This document shows, one piece after another, positions 10,361 through 19,903 of a DNA stretch of 64,000 bases; within the stretch, counting starts at the first letter, position 1, and each line of letters starts with the position of its first letter. The notes under the pieces were generated by a model that saw only the letters and a program-made list of their open reading frames with translations, searched no databases and was not told where the DNA came from. The DNA is from Verrucomicrobiota bacterium (lineage in GTDB: Bacteria > Verrucomicrobiota > Verrucomicrobiia > Limisphaerales > CANJXF01): assembly GCA_038214755.1 (NCBI GenBank), contig JBBQRQ010000009.1, positions 1 to 64,000 of the forward strand, in the 5' to 3' direction. Position numbers and translations under genes: made by a program.

Positions 10361-11746
10361 ATGAATTCGGAACCGCATTCGGAAAGTTCCCTCGACCACC
10401 TTCGATCAGAAGGAGACATCAACCTCTCTCCTCACCGTCGGGCGTGGGCCGCTGAGAATATTGACGCCGAGACGCAACATTGGTTGGAGGAGGATGCAAA
10501 ATATTTTCTGCATCAATCTCTCTCCACTCCATGCCTCAATGTTCTGGCCGGATGCAAAGGCTCCGAGGTTATCGATCTTCAAGGCAGGAGGCTCCTCGAT
10601 TTTCACGGGAACAATGTTCATCAAGTAGGGTTCAGTCATCCGCGTGTCATCGAAGCCATTACCCGGCAGATGAAAGAACTTTCTTTCTGCACGCGACGAT
10701 ACACCAATATTCCGGCGATCCAGTTGGCCAAAAAATTGGTTGAACTTGCCCCCGGTAATTTGAATCGCGTCCTATTCGCTCCGGGCGGAACCAGTGCCAT
10801 CGGGATGGCATTGAAGCTCGCCCGCGTTGCCACTGGCAGGTTTAAAACGATCTCGATGTGGGACTCATTTCACGGAGCATCGCTCGACGCGATTTCCGTA
10901 GGCGGTGAATCGCTCTTTCGCAGCGGAATCGGCCCGCTCCTGCCGGGCTGCGAACACGTGCCGCCGCCAGACAATCGCCACTGCCCCTTTGCCTGCGGAG
11001 TAGCCTGCAACCTGAAATGCGCGGATTATATCGAATACGTTTTAGCCAAAGAAGGCGACGTCGCCGCCGTCATTGCTGAACCGATTCGTAGCACGCCCTT
11101 TGTTCCACCACTGGACTACTGGAAAAAAGTGCGGGCCGCTTGTGACAAGCATGGCGCTTTGTTAATTTTTGACGAGATACCTCAGTGCCTTGGACGGACG
11201 GGGCGAATGTTTGCCTGCGAACACTTCGACATTGTGCCGGACATCCTTGTCATCGGCAAAGGTCTAGGTGGAGGCATCATGCCTTTCGCCGCGATGATTG
11301 CGCGAGAAGAGTTGAACGTAATGGCGGACCGCGCTCTCGGACACTACACCCATGAAAAGAATCCAGTCGCCGCTGCCGCCGCTCTCGCCACCATCGAAGT
11401 GATCGAGACAGAAGGCATCCTGGCGAACGTTCGTGCGCAAGGTGAATACGCTTTGCAGAGGTTGCGGGCCATGAAAGAAGAACATCAGTTGATCGGAGAT
11501 GTGCGCGGTCTCGGATTGATGATAGGTGTTGAGTTAGTAACTAATCACAAGACCATGGAGCGCGCGGTCAATGAAGCGGAACAGGTGATGTATCGTTCAC
11601 TCGCGAATGGGCTTAACTTCAAGTTGACTATGGGTAACATCATCACCTTGACTCCCGCATTGAATATCACTCGCCCGGAGATGGAGCGGGCTATGGACAT
11701 TCTGGACTCCGCTATCCGCCAAGCTCGATCAGTCACTCAACGGTGA
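10361..11746 (+). CDS. pbfA: Class III PLP enzyme, probable (R)-1-hydroxy-2-aminoethylphosphonate ammonia-lyase
   Basis: SEGDINLS, FLHQSLSTPC, DSFHGAS, FDEI..GRTG, PDILVIGKGLGGG, GHYTHEK; phn context. Confidence 0.8.
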   Translation: MNSEPHSESSLDHLRSEGDINLSPHRRAWAAENIDAETQHWLEEDAKYFLHQSLSTPCLNVLAGCKGSEVIDLQGRRLLDFHGNNVHQVGFSHPRVIEAITRQMKELSFCTRRYTNIPAIQLAKKLVELAPGNLNRVLFAPGGTSAIGMALKLARVATGRFKTISMWDSFHGASLDAISVGGESLFRSGIGPLLPGCEHVPPPDNRHCPFACGVACNLKCADYIEYVLAKEGDVAAVIAEPIRSTPFVPPLDYWKKVRAACDKHGALLIFDEIPQCLGRTGRMFACEHFDIVPDILVIGKGLGGGIMPFAAMIAREELNVMADRALGHYTHEKNPVAAAAALATIEVIETEGILANVRAQGEYALQRLRAMKEEHQLIGDVRGLGLMIGVELVTNHKTMERAVNEAEQVMYRSLANGLNFKLTMGNIITLTPALNITRPEMERAMDILDSAIRQARSVTQR

Positions 11747-11768
11747 ACATTTTTCAGGGCTGAAGAAC

Positions 11769-12067
11769 TTCTCCCTCTCCTCGGAGGAGAGGGCCGGGGT
11801 GAGGTCGAGCGTTTCTTTTCTGAATAGTTCCGGCAAAGAAGTTTTCATTGCAGGTCAGTTTAAGATTGTCCGCCCTCACCCTAACCCTCTCCCCCGAGGA
11901 GAGGGAACAGCTATTGGCGCCTCTCGAAAGTTTGCGGTTTGTTGTATCATTCCCGCCTCCGGGTTAGTCGCGAGAAGAACTGCACAAAAACCAAGCGCAT
12001 CCGAATTACCAAAACGCGGCGAAGATTCTCCCTCTCCTCGGAGGAGAGGGCCGGGGTGAGGTCGAGC
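11769..12067. repeat. REP-like cluster: two direct copies and one inverted copy
   Basis: 42-bp ttctccctctcctcggaggagagggccggggtgaggtcgagc at 11769-11810 and 12026-12067; inverted related copy at about 11873-11906. Confidence 0.85.
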
Positions 12068-12364
12068 TTTTTTTCACTGAATGGTTCCCGCTTATGCTAT
12101 CAGCGCAGTCGCGCTTCTAACTCGGTTGGCAGGAAATCTTTGGTGACGGCAAAGAATTTTCCGAGGTTGACCTGGACAGCACTGGATGTGGGTGAATGGT
12201 TTTAGGAAATCGCGAATCAGAGTTTACCTACAGAATCGTTCTCCGATGTTCACACTTTTTTCCCTGGCGGAGCGGGCTGGAAGCGCTGCGACGCGGCACA
12301 TCAAAACCCGATTACCGTTCTGGGTTGATCGCCAATTTGAATAACACCTTTCCATTAGTTCGGC

Positions 12365-12392
12365 TTGCAAAAATTTCCGCAGCTTCTATGAT
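12365..12392 (+). promoter_or_regulatory. Candidate sigma70 promoter, probably leaderless
   Basis: TTGCAA-N16-TATGAT ending 7 nt before the ATG at 12400. Confidence 0.4.
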
Positions 12393-12399
12393 TACGATC

Positions 12400-15092
12400 A
12401 TGTTTTCTCCCCACTTCTCCAGGACGCCGCTCTTTTTGATGAGCTTCCTGACTTTAGCATTTAATGCCTGGACGCAACTGTCACCGGAAATCATCCAACA
12501 GCCGCAAAGTCAATCTGCCGTGCCGGGTAGTATGGTCATTTTCAATGTCTCTGCCTCGGGACCGCGCCCCTCTCTTTTCAATGGAGGTCCAACAGCCTCT
12601 CAATTTTTAACGAAACCAACTCTTCATTTACCATCGCGAGTGTTACAACAAATGACACTGCTAACTACACCGTTCGCGTTGCCAACAATTATGGATCTAT
12701 CACGAGCCAGCTTGCTACCTTGATTGTTTACGTCGCTGCGACAATCACTGTTCAACCTCAAAGCCAGACCAACAATCAGGGAAGCAATGTTACCTTCACC
12801 GTCACCGCGACTGGCTCGTCCCCGTTGAATTACCAATGGAAGAAGGATGGAACCAATCTCTCGGGCGCAACACTTAATGGCTACAGCATCATTAACCTGC
12901 AGCCCAGCGACTCCGGGACCTATTCAGTGTCTGTCGGTAATCCCGCAGGAACGGCGAATAGCGCTCCCGCCATCCTATCTGTTCGCGTCAAGCCAGCATT
13001 CATAACCCAACCCCAGAGCCAAACCGTTTTTGTGGGGCAGACCGCAAATTTTTCCACCAGCGCCTCCGGCACAGCACCATTTGGATATGCATGGTTCAAA
13101 GGCGGCCAGGCGATTGTGGGCGCAACAAATTCCAGCTACACCATTCCTAATGCGCAAGGAGGAGTCAACGCGGGTTCTTATAGTGTTATGGTCTCGAATG
13201 CGGCGGGAAGCGTCACCAGTTCCAATGCTCAATTGAGTTTCGTCGGCGCACCTGTCATCACCGTCCAACCCCAGTCCCGTAGCGTTGGCGAGGGTAGCAA
13301 CACTACATTTAGTGTCACAGCAGGCGGCAACACGCCGCTATTTTTTCAATGGCGCAAAGACGGCACAAACATTCCGTTTGCCACCTCGGCAACCTATTCG
13401 ATCACAGCAGTGCAAACGAATCACGCCGGGAGTTATTCGGTCATCATTACCAATAACGCCGGGTCGGTCACCAGCACGAACGCATCGCTGACTGTGCTGG
13501 CTTTTCCGCCTACTATTCTTGCGCAGCCGCAAAGCCGCAGCGCGGGGGTAGGAGGTAGCACAACATTTTCGGTCACCGCTGCTGGGGCCAGCCCATTACG
13601 GTACGAGTGGAGGAAAGACGGCGTCCCTCTGTCGGCAACTAACGCCACGCTGACTCTCACCAATCTAGCGTTTCAAGACGCCGGGGCTTATTCCGTTTTG
13701 ATCACCAACAACTACGGCGGGATTACAAGTTCCATCGCGAACCTAGTCATAGGTATTTCACCGACATTTTCCTCGCAACCGTTCTCCCAAACCAGTTCTT
13801 TCGGCAGCACTGTTGTTTTTTCTGCCGAAATTTCCGGCAGTTCTCCCATCTATTTGCAATGGTATCGCGATGGCGCTGCTCTGGCGAGCGCCACCAATTC
13901 CAGTTTAACGATCCCCGACGCGCGGCCCTTGCATATCGGCGCGTACAGTGTCAGCGCCAGCAATACTTTCGGAAGCATTCTCAGCTCGAATGCGTTATTG
14001 AATCTGTCCGGTTATGCTTTTGAAGATTGGCGCGGATTAGCGGCGTTCTATCCATTCAATGGGAACGCCGTTGATGAAAGCGGGTCTGGAAATGATGGCG
14101 TGATCAGTGGCGCAACACTTGTCTCCGACCGTTTTGGAGCGCTCTCCGCCTACTTTTTTAATGGTTCGGACAACGTCATCGATTTTGAAAGGGTCCCGAT
14201 AACTCAGACCGACAATTGGTCGGTCTCCGCCTGGATTAATCCCGCCGCGCTCCCGCAGACCGGGGTAGCCGTCTCGGTGGGATTTGACAACGGCATCAAT
14301 GGAGACGGTTTCGGTTTTGGCTTTGACGGTGCGTCAATCTGGAAGGGTATTTTCTCGGGAGTTACCTGGATGGGCAGCGGTTATTCTCCAATCAGCAATC
14401 AATGGTTTCATTCCATTATGATTCGAGAAGCAGGGGTCACGAAATTTTTCATCAATGGCGTTCAAACGGGTTTTTCCTATACCGTCAATCCCGCGCCGCC
14501 GACTCGCTTTTCCATCGGCTCACAAACGGGCGCGCGATTTTTTAACGGCGCGGTGGATGACGTTCGGATTTATGGTCGCGCATTGTCTTCAAATGAAATC
14601 CAGCGACTCTACTCGATAGAAGCTGATCTTCCTGTGATTACGCAGGCACCCCGAAACCTCGTAGTCTGGCAAGGCGCGACCGCAGTCTTTAGTGTCATTG
14701 CGACCGCGCAGCATTCTGCGGTCACCTATCAATGGCAAAAGAATGGTATTGCCATCTCCAACGCGAATACTTCGACGTTGACGATTCAAAATGTGCAACC
14801 CAATGCAACCGGCGTGTACACTGTTATCCTCGGCAATGCTCTTGGCGCAGTCACGACTCCGGCAGCCGCATTGTCTGTGGTCATTCCACGAGTTGACAGC
14901 CCAGCGATCACGCAAGGAAAGATGTCCTTTCAGATCCTCGGCTCACCGGGCAGCCAAGTGATTATTGAAGCCTCCGAAGACCTCCAAACCTGGGCACAAA
15001 TTTTGACAACGAATCTGAGCAGCGGAACAAATATCATCATTGATTCTACTGGGCTGAATTTTCCTCAGCGGTTTTATCGTTTTCGATATTAA
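12400..15092 (+). pseudogene. Secreted multi-Ig plus LamG protein with a single-base frameshift (real or sequencing error)
   Basis: Signal peptide and first Ig begin in one frame; adding one base at ggg 12558-12560 gives SASGTAPLSFQWRSN..., continuous with ORF 12720-15092; ends QRFYRFRY. Confidence 0.75.
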
Positions 15093-15172
15093 CGACGGGC
15101 TAAAGTGTTTCCGATCGGATAATCGCCCTAATGGGTGAGCCCTTTATTTACGGCCTTCTTTCAACTGGCTAT

Positions 15173-16729
15173 TTACTCCTGCACACCTACTCGATAGAAA
15201 AAGGGACCCACGCCCACTGCGTTGGTATCAATGTACGTGGTCGTGGTGCCTTGAGCGACAATGTTGCTTTGAATAGTTTCAAAAGCCGGTGGCGTGGCAA
15301 GCTCGATGGCGCGTTGGAGAAGATAGATTCGACCACTGATACTTTTCCAACTGATGGTGGCGCGTGTCAGAGTAGGATTGGGCGTGGCATTTGAAATTTT
15401 TAGAAACGAAAGTGCGTTCGTAGGGTTTGTGCCCGCTATCCATTCTTCCCAATTGTTCATGCCGTCTCCGTCGCCATCCGCGTAATCTGCCGAGCCGTCA
15501 ACCGGTAAACCATATTGCTCCGCCCAAAGGACCGAAAGAACGGAGACTGGCGATTGAAACTCATACGCGCCCATGTCCACCGTGCGCCCGGCAATGCGCG
15601 GGTTGCCGTCCAGGTCGGGACCCATCGGCGCATACGAATTCCTTCCAGAATTGATGCAGGGAGAATTGGATTGCAGATGGAAATCTCCCGTCGCCGGGTT
15701 TACGAACATGGGATCATTGGTCAGATTGCCCGACCCAGAAGGTAACGGCATGGTGCAACTATATTTGATGTTGGTCATCCCGGTTACATAGTTCGGTGAG
15801 TTCGATGCAGTGTTGAAAAAGATAATCGAGTTACTCACTCCCGTGGAAATGGGTTCATCAAAAAAACGAGGAGCACCCGCTACCCCACCGCCGCTCCCGG
15901 ATGCTACGTTGCTGACCACCGTACAGTTATTCAAACTACCTCCATACGCGCCTCCGCCAATGAAGGCGGAATTATTGATGACCAAACAATTATTCAATTG
16001 GCACGAGTAGGACCCGCCCCCATTAGGTTTTAGTGAAGGAAGAATGGGACCTCGCTCTAAAGCGGAATTGCCGCGCAATGTGCAATTGCTCAAAACGCAA
16101 TATGCTGCCCCGCCACCAACGTTGGCTGAGTTGCCGTCAAGCACGCAGTTTTTAAGAGTGACCCGGTATGCTCCGCCACCTTGTTCATAAGCCGTATTGT
16201 TGATGACCATACAATTCGAAACCACGCCACCCGGCCCGAGAGGAACAAGCGGACTATAGACGCCCCCACCCGCAGCAGAAGCTTTATAGAAACCTTGCGT
16301 TGGCTTGGAGGTAGCTCCATTAGTCAGCGTGAATCCAATCAAACTGGCGTCGTTTGTGAGATACACGCACCGGACGGCGTTGGTTCCGTAAATCGTGCCG
16401 GGTACCTGGTAACCTTCAATGATCGTTACGGCGGGGCCGTTCACACTTTGCACCGTTAACTTCTTGGTCACGGCGACGCGATTGCTCGTGCTGTAGGAAC
16501 CTTCAGGTACGACTCTCGCTCCACTGTTGTAAACGCCATTGGTGACTAAAATTTGATCGTCGGTATCGGCACTATCGATGGCATCCTGGATGTTGGTTGC
16601 GGCACTGCTCCAGTCGGTGTAGGGTGCCGCCGGGCTGGTGCTGTTCAAGTCCACATAACGTACCGTGGCGGGAGCATTTTCCATTGCCAGTAACAAGCAT
16701 GTTGCAATTAAATGAAACCGGATTTTCAT
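15173..16729 (-). CDS. Secreted beta-helix / choice-of-anchor Q protein
   Basis: GGGA repeats; DPMFVN..GDFHLQSNSPCIN..DLDGNPRI..VDMGAYE; DGDGDG motif; ends FFYRVGVQE. Confidence 0.85.
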   Translation of the reverse strand: MKIRFHLIATCLLLAMENAPATVRYVDLNSTSPAAPYTDWSSAATNIQDAIDSADTDDQILVTNGVYNSGARVVPEGSYSTSNRVAVTKKLTVQSVNGPAVTIIEGYQVPGTIYGTNAVRCVYLTNDASLIGFTLTNGATSKPTQGFYKASAAGGGVYSPLVPLGPGGVVSNCMVINNTAYEQGGGAYRVTLKNCVLDGNSANVGGGAAYCVLSNCTLRGNSALERGPILPSLKPNGGGSYSCQLNNCLVINNSAFIGGGAYGGSLNNCTVVSNVASGSGGGVAGAPRFFDEPISTGVSNSIIFFNTASNSPNYVTGMTNIKYSCTMPLPSGSGNLTNDPMFVNPATGDFHLQSNSPCINSGRNSYAPMGPDLDGNPRIAGRTVDMGAYEFQSPVSVLSVLWAEQYGLPVDGSADYADGDGDGMNNWEEWIAGTNPTNALSFLKISNATPNPTLTRATISWKSISGRIYLLQRAIELATPPAFETIQSNIVAQGTTTTYIDTNAVGVGPFFYRVGVQE

Positions 16730-16874
16730 TGTCCGCTCCTAAAGTAGTTGTTCTAAGAAGGAGTAGCTGCCTTCTCGGAATCTTTCTTACTTACCCTTCG
16801 GCCACTGCCAACTCTGCCACGACTCAACCAGCTTGTCCAGTTCTGCTATAAAATGTCTTTCTTACGTTACGGTG

Positions 16875-19232
16875 TTACTGATTCAGTTTTGCACTCGATT
16901 CGTCTTTGATGAAACCGTGGTAGAGTCCCATATAATAGGGTAGAAGAAAGACTGCGCCATCACCCAATTCGCTACCATTGCCACCGGTGTCCAAGACAAA
17001 GGGATTGTGGTTCCAATGGTAAAAGTATCGTTCGTCCACCGGAATGACTTTGCCGTTGACGCGATAACCAACCGGCCTGCGTCCCTTGGAGTAGGGATCG
17101 TCGGTTTGACGCATTAGAGGTATGATATCGAGTCGTTGTGTATTGGCGTGCCGCCAGTTGAACCGGTCGAGAGGGAATCGCTGCAAGGTATCGACCGAGT
17201 CTTCCAGCCATCCATCCCAAGGAGTAATGTCATGGGTGCCCCAAGGGTTGGTGTAGTTGCGGCCGACACCAAACGCCGCATAAGCAAAATTGAAAAACGG
17301 ATTCATCTCTGGGAATTCCAGAATCCAATAAGAGAAGAACGAGTAGCCGGCTTCGTCCGTCAGCTTCTTGTCGTTGCCATACTTCATCAGGTTGTAAAAA
17401 CCCATGAACGCCATCTCGTCGTCAGAATGGTTTACAGAGCCAACACCTCTCTGGATTTTCGGGACCTTGAGGTTGGTGTCGTAGGCATGTTTCTCCCTGA
17501 GCATGTTAATAAGCTGGCGGTATTTTGGATCGCCCGTGACGTGTTCGGAGGCGGCGAGATAGGAAAGAAGACTCAACGATTTCAGCCCGCGTTCCTCAGC
17601 CCAGAGTGGGTCGTGATTAAGCGAAGCAGGGTTGTAAACTGCCCAGCGCGTCGGGGTGCCATCGTGATCGACCAACGTGAAATCGTGACTGACGATGTGG
17701 TCCATCAGCCCGCTCATATGTTCGCGCACGCGCGACTTTTCCGCTTCGGTTTCGCAAACCAGATCGTAGTAGAGTGGGTAAAAGAAAAAGTGCCCATCAA
17801 GTTCGTCTGAACTGGTGTCGCTTTTCCAATACCATTTGCCGTCTTTGCTGGTCGGCCAACGCGGTTCGTAAATTTTCCATAGCGAATCCTGGTTTTTCTT
17901 TTCCTGCCGATCTTGTTCCACTCGGCCGGTATTTGGATCGTGTCCGCTCGTTGGCAGAATCGTTCGCGCCACGTATCCCGGAGGCGGCGCATGTTGACCG
18001 CCCTGGGTTACTTCACCCAGCCAGCGCAACGCTTCAAACGCTTTTTGCGCCCGTTTTTTAGCCAACGGATTTTTCGTCGCACCATAAGCGAAACATTCTC
18101 CCGCGCCATACATACTCGTCCACAACCCGTCGTTGTCGCTGTCGCCTTGGGTTACTTGATTGGTTGTTCCCGGTTTCCCCACGGCCACTTCCAAAATATA
18201 TTCCCAAGGAGTGCGCCGATGAAACGCGTCAATTTGTTTTTCATAGATCGTCGCTTTTTCGGCAAGGGTCATGGGCTTGCGTTCGATGACACTCAATCCC
18301 GCAGAAGTGGCGAACCACGCATCACCTTCCGGCGTCACGGCGATGCTGTTGACCACATCATTCGGCATCCACCGGCGGCCTTGCCGATACTCCCAGTTGG
18401 TTCCGTCATAGCGGATCGCGCCCATTCGTGTGCCGAACCAAACCACGCCCTTCTCGGCAGCAGCCATTGTGGTGAAATCATTGTAGGGCAAACCTTCCGC
18501 GCCAGTGAATAGAGTCCAATGGTTGTCGAACCGACCTACCCCTTGCGGCGATGCGAACCACAAACGTCCTTCCGTGTCATAAGCCACGCCACGCACGTTC
18601 ACAGGTGCCCAACTGCGACCGTTTTTGTCAGCGGGAAAGAGTCGCGTCCATTTTTCGTTTGCCTCCTGCTGGAAAAGTCCCGAAGCCGCGCCCACCACGA
18701 TGCGCGAGCCAATCGCAATTTGGAAAACGGAACGATTCTCGCCCAACAAATTATTCAGAGCAACCATAGGCTGCATGCTGCCGCCTGCCTCGAGAAACAA
18801 GCCTTGTTCGGTGGCGAGGTAAGTTTTTTCGCCAGCATTGAGAGAGTTCACTTTCACTCCGTGCGGCAAGGGAGCAATAGCTTTCGGTTTCTCTCCATCG
18901 AGCGAGAACAGTTGTTCGTTGGCCGCGAAGAAAATTTTTCCACGACCACTCGCGACCGCTTCTATTTGCGCATCGGCGGTTCCTTTAACCAACTCCCAAA
19001 CACCATCGCTGAACCTTGCCAGTCCCTTTGCTGTTCCAGCGAAAACCGTTTTTCCATCCTGTGCGGCGACCGAAGTGATCGTGTCCGTCGGCAGACCATC
19101 GGCTGAAGTAAATTCCCGGCGCACCTCTTGTTTGAAAGTGCCGATGGTGATGGCGGGTGTTTCCGCTGATGAGCTAACATGGGAGAGCGATCCGACCAGG
19201 AGTAAGAGAAGCACTAAATTATTATTTCGCAT
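16875..19232 (-). CDS. Secreted protein: regulator-propeller-type repeats plus (alpha/alpha)6 glycosidase-like domain
   Basis: Signal peptide; GLP.D..VWFGT propeller blades; DSDNDGLWT and DTSSDELDGH acidic motifs. Confidence 0.7.
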   Translation of the reverse strand: MRNNNLVLLLLLVGSLSHVSSSAETPAITIGTFKQEVRREFTSADGLPTDTITSVAAQDGKTVFAGTAKGLARFSDGVWELVKGTADAQIEAVASGRGKIFFAANEQLFSLDGEKPKAIAPLPHGVKVNSLNAGEKTYLATEQGLFLEAGGSMQPMVALNNLLGENRSVFQIAIGSRIVVGAASGLFQQEANEKWTRLFPADKNGRSWAPVNVRGVAYDTEGRLWFASPQGVGRFDNHWTLFTGAEGLPYNDFTTMAAAEKGVVWFGTRMGAIRYDGTNWEYRQGRRWMPNDVVNSIAVTPEGDAWFATSAGLSVIERKPMTLAEKATIYEKQIDAFHRRTPWEYILEVAVGKPGTTNQVTQGDSDNDGLWTSMYGAGECFAYGATKNPLAKKRAQKAFEALRWLGEVTQGGQHAPPPGYVARTILPTSGHDPNTGRVEQDRQEKKNQDSLWKIYEPRWPTSKDGKWYWKSDTSSDELDGHFFFYPLYYDLVCETEAEKSRVREHMSGLMDHIVSHDFTLVDHDGTPTRWAVYNPASLNHDPLWAEERGLKSLSLLSYLAASEHVTGDPKYRQLINMLREKHAYDTNLKVPKIQRGVGSVNHSDDEMAFMGFYNLMKYGNDKKLTDEAGYSFFSYWILEFPEMNPFFNFAYAAFGVGRNYTNPWGTHDITPWDGWLEDSVDTLQRFPLDRFNWRHANTQRLDIIPLMRQTDDPYSKGRRPVGYRVNGKVIPVDERYFYHWNHNPFVLDTGGNGSELGDGAVFLLPYYMGLYHGFIKDESSAKLNQ

Positions 19233-19340
19233 AGTGATGGAGCAATGTGGGATCAAGTGTTAGCAGCATTACGGTTCAGGCGAGGCGATTCAATCCGAAA
19301 TAAACGGTGAAGAATTTAAGAGTCGGTTTGAAAACCCGGT

Positions 19341-19406
19341 GGGTAGCCTGCGGGCGTAGCGGCGGGCCTCCTGCCTGCCATAGAGCCGGGGCTTCCAGCC
19401 CGGCGG
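19341..19406. repeat. Partial GTAG-type REP-like element
   Basis: gtagcggcgggcctcctgcctgcc...gagccggggcttccagcccggcgg with internal hairpins. Confidence 0.55.
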
Positions 19407-19454
19407 AAAAGACGTTCGCTTCCCGCCGGTCGTTGATTTCCCTGTTTGACTTCG

Positions 19455-19701
19455 GGTGTTCCACTCGACACCGATTACCTGGCGGATCGAAAATTCACAC
19501 CGCAAAGAGCTCACCAAACGTCCGCCGAATTTTTATCGAAAGGAGTTGGTGGAACTGCTTCCTCCGGGCGAACGGCAATTTGTCCGCATCAATACTCAAC
19601 CGTTCATCCTCGATGGTGGCGATGGAGGGATGACTGAATTGCCGGGCGATGAATACCTCTTTGGCTACTGGCTCGGGCGGTATTTAGGTGAGATAAAATG
19701 A
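19455..19701 (+). pseudogene. 3'-terminal remnant of a distant homologue of the 16875-19232 gene
   Basis: GVPLDT/ITWRIENSHR..LPPGER..QPFILDGGDGG..YLFGYWLGRYLGEIK aligns by eye with FPLDRFNWRHANTQR..IPVDER..NPFVLDTGGNG..FLLPYYMGLYHGFIK; frameshift at about 19473. Confidence 0.7.
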
Positions 19702-19820
19702 GTATTCGGCTGAAGCGCTACGTCTTGTTTCTGGCGCTGGGTGATAAAATCATGGTGCCATAGACTCTCAAAAATGGGCTAGGGCGGCTTCATTGGACAA
19801 AAACGGGATGTCTAAAAAAC

Positions 19821-19858
19821 TTGCAAAAACCTAAAAGGCACCTACAGACTATGGTGCC
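19821..19858 (+). promoter_or_regulatory. Candidate promoter with palindromic operator
   Basis: TTGCAA at 19821; GGCACC-N10-GGTGCC at 19837-19858; atggtgcca also at 19752. Confidence 0.3.
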
Positions 19859-19903
19859 AAAAAAACAACTGACCGGGCGAAAATTTGCACCAACTCAAAA
19901 CCG

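Noticed and set aside
12070..12330. Possible minus-strand gene remnant ending ...KDFLPTELEARLR
   Set aside because: Too short and not assignable to any family by eye
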